64,000 bases of DNA from Dehalococcoidia bacterium. Its GTDB lineage: Bacteria; Chloroflexota; Dehalococcoidia; UBA6926. Shown piece by piece: positions 57,912-64,000 of the stretch (positions within the stretch are counted from its first letter, which is position 1; each line of letters starts with the position of its first letter). Made by a program: the position numbers and the translations under genes. Location: the NCBI GenBank assembly GCA_965206275.1, contig OZ242203.1, positions 1,480,474-1,544,473 of the forward strand, given 5' to 3'. Under the pieces are notes generated by a model. The model saw only the letters and a program-made list of their open reading frames with translations. It was not told the origin of the DNA and made no database searches.

Positions 57912-59683
57912 GTGTGCATAGGTATATAAGCGCCTTGCTTTTCATTCTTGCGCTGACTGTCGCTTGTGCTGAATCACGAGAAGTCGCAGCGCCTGACGAA
58001 ACTCCTCCATCCGAGACGGTTTACATGAATGGCCGAGTCTTCACCCAGGACAAAGACCTGCCCTGGGCTGAGTCGCTGGTGACGGATGGGGACAGGATCG
58101 CCTTCGTGGGTTCCGATGAAGATGCTTTGCGATTCGCCGCTGAAGGTAGCAGGGTCGTAGACCTGCAAGGCCAGTTCGTGATGCCGGGGATTGTTGACGC
58201 GCACACGCACCCCGGACTGATCAGCGTTTGGGGCGATCTGTCAGCCCTGGAAGACGACGCCGGCGACAGCGAATCCGACGCAGACAGGATGCCCTCGGGG
58301 CCGCCGGAAGCAACCCTAGCTTGGCTGCAGCAGTACGCAAAGGACCACCGATTCACCTATGTTATTTCCCATGCGGGATGGGATGTCGCCGCCTACCTTC
58401 CCGACGGCCCCCACAAGAGGGACTTGGACAAGATAGCCAGGTTCAGACCCATCGTGTTGTACGACAATTCTGGGCACAGCGTATGGGTCAACTCCGCAAT
58501 GCTCCGATGGTTGGGCATCAACAGAGACACGCCGGACCCCAGCGAAAACCTTTCCTATATCGTGCGCGACGAGGACGGAGAACCCACCGGCTGGCTCAAG
58601 GAGTTTGTCCTGACCCACCACAGCGGCGGCAGGTTCGTCCCGGGCCACGACAAGCTGAAGGAGCGGATGCAGACGTACCTGGACTACATGTCAAGCAAGG
58701 GCATTACCACGATGCTGGACGCCGGAAACTTCAACATGGACGACGCCGTGTACAAGGCTGCGCATGAACTCGTACGAGAGGGCAGAATGCCGCTGCGCTG
58801 GGAGGCGACGTACCACGTATGGCTACCGGAACACATCGATACCGCTGTGGACTCCCTCACCCGCCTGAGGAAGGAGTACGGCTATGGCAACCTGCGGTTC
58901 AATACCATCAAGATTCACTACGACGGCCTGCAGGACGTTCTGACGGCCGCCATGCTGGAGCCCTACGTGACGGACCCCGACAACTACGGCGGCGTGCTGT
59001 TCTCGACGGAGCGAATGAGCAGCTTCATCCGGGAACTGGACGCCCACGGCATCAACCTGCACGTGCACACCGTTGGCGACCGCGCGACGAGGAATCTTCT
59101 GGACGCAGTCGAGCAGGCGCGGGACGCGCTGGGACGGCCCCTTAGGATGGAGGTCACGCTGAGCCACTTGTTCACCGTCGCAGAGGAGGACATCGCTCGA
59201 TTTGCCGAGCTGAACGTTCACGCCAACTTCACGCCCCACTGGTTCGGCGGAACGGTGTTCGGGGATGCTGGAGCGATCAACATCGGCCCGGAGCGTGCCG
59301 CCCGCTCTCAGGTCATCGGCCACTTCGTGCGAGAAGGGGCGAACATTACGCTGTCCAGCGACGTCATCCACGGCCCCGCGCGGGTGAACCCCTTCATCGG
59401 CATGCAGATGAGCATGACAAGGCGGGCAATTGAAGGGACCGACGCCGTCGCGCTGCCGCCGGCCAACGCCAGGATCTCGCTGGAGCAGGCGATTGCCGGC
59501 TACACCGTCAACGGCGCTGCGCAACTCGGTATGAAAAGGGAGATTGGCGCAATCAAAGCGGGACTGCTGGCAGACTTCATCGTCCTTCCACAGAACCCGT
59601 TTGAAACGGACGTGGAGAACATCCACACCATAGAGCCTAGCGCGACGATTGTGTCCGGTGTCCTGCGAAGCGGAGGCTTTTGA
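57899..59683 (+). CDS. amidohydrolase family (Amidohydro_3-like) lipoprotein
   Basis: Lipoprotein signal LFILALTVAC. Metal-binding VDAHTHP at the N-terminus of the barrel. 594 aa. Confidence 0.78.
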   Translation: MDRVSVHRYISALLFILALTVACAESREVAAPDETPPSETVYMNGRVFTQDKDLPWAESLVTDGDRIAFVGSDEDALRFAAEGSRVVDLQGQFVMPGIVDAHTHPGLISVWGDLSALEDDAGDSESDADRMPSGPPEATLAWLQQYAKDHRFTYVISHAGWDVAAYLPDGPHKRDLDKIARFRPIVLYDNSGHSVWVNSAMLRWLGINRDTPDPSENLSYIVRDEDGEPTGWLKEFVLTHHSGGRFVPGHDKLKERMQTYLDYMSSKGITTMLDAGNFNMDDAVYKAAHELVREGRMPLRWEATYHVWLPEHIDTAVDSLTRLRKEYGYGNLRFNTIKIHYDGLQDVLTAAMLEPYVTDPDNYGGVLFSTERMSSFIRELDAHGINLHVHTVGDRATRNLLDAVEQARDALGRPLRMEVTLSHLFTVAEEDIARFAELNVHANFTPHWFGGTVFGDAGAINIGPERAARSQVIGHFVREGANITLSSDVIHGPARVNPFIGMQMSMTRRAIEGTDAVALPPANARISLEQAIAGYTVNGAAQLGMKREIGAIKAGLLADFIVLPQNPFETDVENIHTIEPSATIVSGVLRSGGF

Positions 59684-59780
59684 GCAGCCTGTCGGATACC
59701 GCCGAAAGAAGCGAGATCTATATGCCTATGCAGAACGACATTGTAGGCGACGATGAACAACCGCGATCTTAGCGATAACA

Positions 59781-59866
59781 CTGGAGGGCGATACACTTCA
59801 GTCCTGCGAACAAGGTGAGCACTTGAGTTGGTCTCGGAGTGGTGAGACTAGGGACATTCCGCGCAA
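59781..59866. repeat. degenerate ~85-nt direct repeat, copy 1
   Basis: gggcgatac...tgcgaac...ttgagttggt...ggtgag...taggg shares its motif order with 60113..60200. Confidence 0.4.
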
Positions 59867-60112
59867 GAGAACATGAGCGTACTTGGCCACTATGAATGGA
59901 CTAACCACGATTCAAGGAAAGTGCTTGCTATCGTTTCACTTGCTGGCGAGTTTAGTTCAGTTACCCCTGACAGGACTGGATGGCGAACTTTCCAGTTGGT
60001 CGTTGTGTTGCAACGATAGCAGAGCTGTGGTGAGCGACAGTCTGAGGATCGGTGGCCCTCACTCCACCTCCGGCCCAGCGAATTCCGCTTGAGCTTCCGA
60101 GTTCGAGACCTC

Positions 60113-60200
60113 TACGTTGGGCGATACGGGTCGATATTGCGAACTGAGCGCGTGTTTGAGTTGGTGGTTGATTGGTGAGGGTAGGGGCTGAAACTTCATG
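60113..60200. repeat. degenerate ~85-nt direct repeat, copy 2
   Basis: See copy 1. A third weak partial match lies at ~59990..60040. Confidence 0.4.
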
Positions 60201-60202
60201 CG

Positions 60203-60616
60203 TCAGGTCTGTTCACCGTCTCTCAACAGCGCGACAAATCCCGCCTGTTCGAAGTCTTGATCGTAGGACAGAGCTTCAATAATGCCACACGCTTCCATCA
60301 CCAAGAAGCTTGCGCAGTCAGTGAGGCTCCAAGTCTGGTCGGCGCGAGGCACATATCGTTCGACAGCAGCCCAGAAATACGCATCGGTTTGAGAAGCGAT
60401 TTCGACCGAGGGATCGTCCTATATCTGCCTGACCATCTCGACGGCAGATGCGCGACGGGATTCGCCGAGGCGTGACGTGTCATTCAACGCCTCGGTGAGC
60501 ACCATCTGAGTTGTCACTACCTGGGTGGAGCCGAGTGTCGCAGCGGTCGCTATCGCGTGTTCGTGCAACTCATCACCGGAGCTCATGAGGGCAATTCCAA
60601 TATCCCGTGTCAGCAA
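60203..60616 (-). pseudogene. PIN-domain (VapC-like) toxin gene interrupted by in-frame TAG (complement of 60419..60421)
   Basis: Translation is MLTRDIGIALMSS...AIATAATLGSTQVVTT...VRQI*DDPSVEIASQTDAYF...LTDCASFLVMEACGIIEALSYDQDFEQAGFVALL. PIN N-terminal LTRDIG and C-terminal D..SF.VM....I.EALT.D.DF..AGF blocks share one frame on either side of the stop. Confidence 0.65.
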
Positions 60617-60628
60617 AGACCGTGGGCA

Positions 60629-60934
60629 CTAGTTCTTTGCCTTGGGGTGGCCGTAGAGGTAGTGCTTAAAGTTCTTGGCGCTGTCAGGCGGGACGCCTTC
60701 CCACAGATCCGGAGGGTAAGATTCGCGCAGCTTCTCGATCCTTTCGACAAGGCCGAGAAGCCCCTTTGACTTGTCGGACTCGTCATCAGTGGAATCTAAG
60801 GAAATCCCGTCACCCTTCCCATGGTAAGTAGGGTCACTGTGAACGGACACGACCACCTCTTTCCCTTCCTCCAAGGCGAGGGGTTCCAGAGGCGTCAGGA
60901 CGCCCTTTTCGTATTTGGCCCTTATCGTAGCCAC
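60629..60934 (-). CDS. DUF104 (AF2212-like) family antitoxin
   Basis: MATIRAKYEKGVLTPLEPLALEEGKEVVVSV is the characteristic DUF104 N-terminus. Immediately upstream of the PIN gene on the same strand. Confidence 0.6.
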   Translation of the reverse strand: MATIRAKYEKGVLTPLEPLALEEGKEVVVSVHSDPTYHGKGDGISLDSTDDESDKSKGLLGLVERIEKLRESYPPDLWEGVPPDSAKNFKHYLYGHPKAKN

Positions 60935-61226
60935 GAATAAACTCCCGAGGATTGCCGTCGACAGCGACTATACTTGTGATCCCTTTGCGCCAGTATAGCG
61001 AGAGAACTGATTAGTCTTTGATGCACCGAAGGTCGAGTGCCAGGGCTGTAGCACAGATCGTAGGAAATTCCAGATGCCGCCTTGAATGCATTGCCGAGAG
61101 CAGCTTTATGGCCGGGGCAAAGGCAATGACAGGAAAGGTTGGCATAACCGACGAATTCGATGACAGTCAGCTCAACCGGCGACACTATAGCTGTACAATT
61201 CAGGTAGCGCATTGTAGGTGGTCGTG

Positions 61227-64000
61227 ATGTCTCTGGCGAGTTTCCCTGGCGGTTCAGCGGCAAAGGTTGCCGACCTGTATGAAGCGGCGTGGACTGCCGA
61301 CTCTCTACTTGACCTCATCTCAGGCAGGGTGGTCGAGATCAGGTTCGAACCTCAGGGCCCGGACGGACAGGGTGTTGAATTCTATAGGTCGCTTCCTGAC
61401 AGCTCAAAGGAGTTCCATTCCGTTAAGCGCCAGGCTCCTGGCTCTGCAAGCGCGTGGACACCCTATCGGTTGACAGGAGCCCAAGACTCGACCGGAAGGA
61501 GCATCCTTGGCGACCTGTTTGGGCATCTTGATGAGGACCCACACGCCCGAGCCGTCTTCGTTAGCCAAGATAGCGCGGGCGAAATTCGTGAAATCTCTGA
61601 GCGCGCTAAGGCACTGTCTGACCACCGAGAATTCGTCGATGCGCTTTCAGAGATGCAGGCAAAATCACTCAGTGAAAGAATAGTCTCCATTGCTAGGGAT
61701 GCACACGATGCACACGAGAAGCTCGCGCGATGCGATTTCGAGACTATTGGCCACAACCAACTGCTTAGGCTAGTCGATGGTAGAATTCCGGCTCTAGTGA
61801 AAAGAGCGGATGGAGCTGACTTCGACCCTGCAGATGTCCGCAGATTCTTGAGCGAATTTGCCTGGCAACACTTGGGCTCCGATCCAGTAAGCCAAAGTGA
61901 CTTGGTTGCCGCGCTGCATGTTCGGGGATTTGCCGCGACTCCGTTACAGCGCGACGCCGCTGTACAAGAACGGGTCAAGGCGATAAACGGGGCCTTTACG
62001 GGCCGTGCTACGAGAACGCTCATTAACGGCAACTACATCGTCCGGCACCAAGCTAGGTCGATAGCAGATGACCTCATACACGGCGAACAATCGCTCATGC
62101 TGTCGGGAAATGCTGGCGTGGGCAAGACTTGCGTACTGGCGCAAGTCACCGAAATCCTTACGGGCGAAGAGATCCCGTATCTTGCTATTTCAATTGATGC
62201 TATAGAAGGTGCTCTCTCCTCCACGGATCTAGGTCGTAAGTTGGGGCTGCCAACATCTCCCGCGACTGTTCTCGGAGAGATCGCCGAAGGACACCGGGCA
62301 ATTCTCTGTGTGGACCAAGTTGATGCGTTGAGTTTTGTGGGCGGCCGCAATCCGCAGGGACACCAGATTTTGGAAGAGTTGATCGGAGAGACCAAGAATT
62401 ATCCTAATCTACTGATTTTATTGGCTTGCCGATCCTTCGATCTCGAGAATGACCGCATCCTCAAAGGACTGGTTGAAGGTGGGTTTCCAGCGGCCAGGCG
62501 CATCGATGTCGAACTTTTGAGCGATGAAGACGTGCAGACCGTCCTTTCAGCGGCTGGTGTGCCGCAAGATATCCTTGAGTTTAGGCAGCTTGAATTGCTG
62601 CGAATTCCCCTTCACCTGTATCTGTTTCTGGGCGGCAATAGATCCCCAAACGCTGCTTGGTCAAGAAGGAGCCTCTTCGATGCCTATTGGGATGAGCTGC
62701 AACGTCGAGTCGACCCGTCTCTAGGAACTGGTGCATTCCGAGATGCAGTAAAGAGCCTCGCAAACATGTTGAGCAGTCGCCGGCGCCTTCGTGCACCTAA
62801 GGTTAGCCTAGACGCACACGTTTCGACCTTGGACGCGATGGCCTCTGAAGGGGCTGTCGTTATGGATGACACCACAGTGAGTTTCTTCCATGCGACATTT
62901 TTTGACTATGCGTTCGCGAGGGGCTTTGTCGCGACTCAACAGGACCTAGTCGGATGGCTCCTTAGTGATTCCCAAGAACTCTTCCGACGTAGCCAAGTTC
63001 GACAGGTCCTGGAATTCCTGAGGGACGGAGATCTTGGAGCCTACTTGGATGTCCTAGGTCGTTTCCTGAACGATGGCAGAATTCGATTCCATCTGAAGCG
63101 ACTGGTGCTTGACTGGTTGGGACAGCTTTCGACCCCGCTGCTAGGCGAATGGCAGATACTCGAAGGATTAGACGAGAAACTCGCGGGTCACATGCTAAGC
63201 GCCATCTACAACAGAGTCCCGTGGTTCGACTTGCTCAATGAGTCGGGGTATCTCGACGAATGGACTAAACTTGGCAGTCAAAGTCGCCTCCAGCGAGCTT
63301 ACTACTTGTGTCAATGGCCAGGTGTTTTCTTGTTGCGCTCCGAAATCGCAGCATATCACCTCCGGAGGATGGCCGACGGAGATAGTGCCTATAGGGCGCG
63401 ATTTGCCTCTAGGATGACTTTTGGGGATGTCCATCACAGTCGCGAGATGTTCGACGTTTTTCTTGAGTTCCTTCGCGACGGTACCCTTGATGGACTAGGT
63501 GGCTCAGGTGGGGCTGGTGACTGGTGGCTGATGCTCTCAAAGATGTCCAGGGAAAACCCGGGATTCTGTTGTGAAGCGATTGGATGCTGGCTTGACCGAC
63601 AGGAGGAATTAGATCCGCCTGAAACGGACATCGATCAGATTGGCGGGGCTTGGTGGAGCAATTTCAGCGAGGAGGTTATTCGGGAGTCGGCATCTAGAGC
63701 TCCTACTCAATTCGCGTCAGAGATCTTCCCTCGAGTAGCAATTGCTGCCATGGGTGAAGAACGTCGCCAATGGGAGTACTTTCTTGCTCCGGTTCGTCAA
63801 CATCTGATTGAAGGGCTTTCGGACGCTCTGAGCAAATTGTCCCAAGAAGACCCCGAAACCCTAGACAGTCTCTTTGCTTCTATCACGCAAGATGCACCCA
63901 AGCTCATCCAAGGGTTACGACTCCGAGCTTGGGCGGCCAATCGTGAGCAGTATGCAAACATGATCCTAGAGTTTCTCATTGGCCACCAAGACCTCTGGCA
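61227..64000 (+). CDS. large NACHT/STAND-like P-loop NTPase, 5'-partial view (at least 924 aa, runs off window end)
   Basis: Hand translation from ATG 61227 (SD aggtgg 8 nt upstream, stop TAG at 61215 in frame) shows no stop codon to position 64000. The other five frames are littered with stops and the ORF track shows no competing ORFs. Walker A LSGNAGVGKTCVLAQV, Walker B-like AILCVDQVDALS (compare the NACHT hhhhDGhDE motif), then >500 aa of W-rich helical repeats. Lower GC than the chromosome. Confidence 0.6.
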   Translation, partial: MSLASFPGGSAAKVADLYEAAWTADSLLDLISGRVVEIRFEPQGPDGQGVEFYRSLPDSSKEFHSVKRQAPGSASAWTPYRLTGAQDSTGRSILGDLFGHLDEDPHARAVFVSQDSAGEIREISERAKALSDHREFVDALSEMQAKSLSERIVSIARDAHDAHEKLARCDFETIGHNQLLRLVDGRIPALVKRADGADFDPADVRRFLSEFAWQHLGSDPVSQSDLVAALHVRGFAATPLQRDAAVQERVKAINGAFTGRATRTLINGNYIVRHQARSIADDLIHGEQSLMLSGNAGVGKTCVLAQVTEILTGEEIPYLAISIDAIEGALSSTDLGRKLGLPTSPATVLGEIAEGHRAILCVDQVDALSFVGGRNPQGHQILEELIGETKNYPNLLILLACRSFDLENDRILKGLVEGGFPAARRIDVELLSDEDVQTVLSAAGVPQDILEFRQLELLRIPLHLYLFLGGNRSPNAAWSRRSLFDAYWDELQRRVDPSLGTGAFRDAVKSLANMLSSRRRLRAPKVSLDAHVSTLDAMASEGAVVMDDTTVSFFHATFFDYAFARGFVATQQDLVGWLLSDSQELFRRSQVRQVLEFLRDGDLGAYLDVLGRFLNDGRIRFHLKRLVLDWLGQLSTPLLGEWQILEGLDEKLAGHMLSAIYNRVPWFDLLNESGYLDEWTKLGSQSRLQRAYYLCQWPGVFLLRSEIAAYHLRRMADGDSAYRARFASRMTFGDVHHSREMFDVFLEFLRDGTLDGLGGSGGAGDWWLMLSKMSRENPGFCCEAIGCWLDRQEELDPPETDIDQIGGAWWSNFSEEVIRESASRAPTQFASEIFPRVAIAAMGEERRQWEYFLAPVRQHLIEGLSDALSKLSQEDPETLDSLFASITQDAPKLIQGLRLRAWAANREQYANMILEFLIGHQDLW

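Noticed and set aside
1-64000. CRISPR arrays, rRNA genes, IS elements with terminal inverted repeats
   Set aside because: No short regularly spaced direct repeats, no rRNA-like conserved blocks and no transposase ORFs seen. The only mobile element is the tRNA-integrated serine-recombinase island.

Overview
High-GC (roughly 65-68% by eye) bacterial chromosomal window, possibly Chloroflexota/Thermomicrobia-like or actinobacterial; no taxon can be proven from the sequence. Positions 1 to about 41,280 are a dense, syntenic housekeeping region: trpS (partial), upp, panE, remA-gmk, aroA, tyrA, an S2P protease, crotonase, a fused double CaiB/BaiF CoA-transferase, cobD, HAD, prmA, a GldG/ABC-2/ABC transporter, ppsA, tRNA-Ala(GGC), metH, cobB, DUF1015, greA, a guaB-like gene, CoA-transferase A/B, recF, proB-proA, DUF2851, fumC, sufC-sufS-sufU and rnhA. 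A low-GC Mrr restriction nuclease gene is wedged between the crotonase and CoA-transferase genes. At tRNA-Ala(TGC) (41284..41359) a genomic island begins and runs past the window end, covering at least 22.7 kb. The island carries a large serine recombinase whose ORF reads antisense through the tRNA. Downstream are an MpaB/DUF2236-like oxygenase, an exported protein, a one-polypeptide sensor kinase plus OmpR-type regulator, and a 2980-aa secreted giant protein (FN3, PPC-like, propeller-like modules, five near-identical tandem repeats), followed by an amidohydrolase lipoprotein. A compositionally distinct (about 50-55% GC) tail then follows, with a DUF104-antitoxin/PIN-toxin pair (toxin interrupted by an in-frame TAG) and a 5'-partial ORF of at least 924 aa for a NACHT/STAND-like P-loop NTPase. 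Two copies of a roughly 170-nt conserved element sit in the two divergent promoter regions of the island. The most promising candidate for a new system is the NACHT/STAND-like NTPase with its toxin-antitoxin neighbour in the low-GC tail; the reused promoter element next to the kinase-regulator fusion is a second lead.
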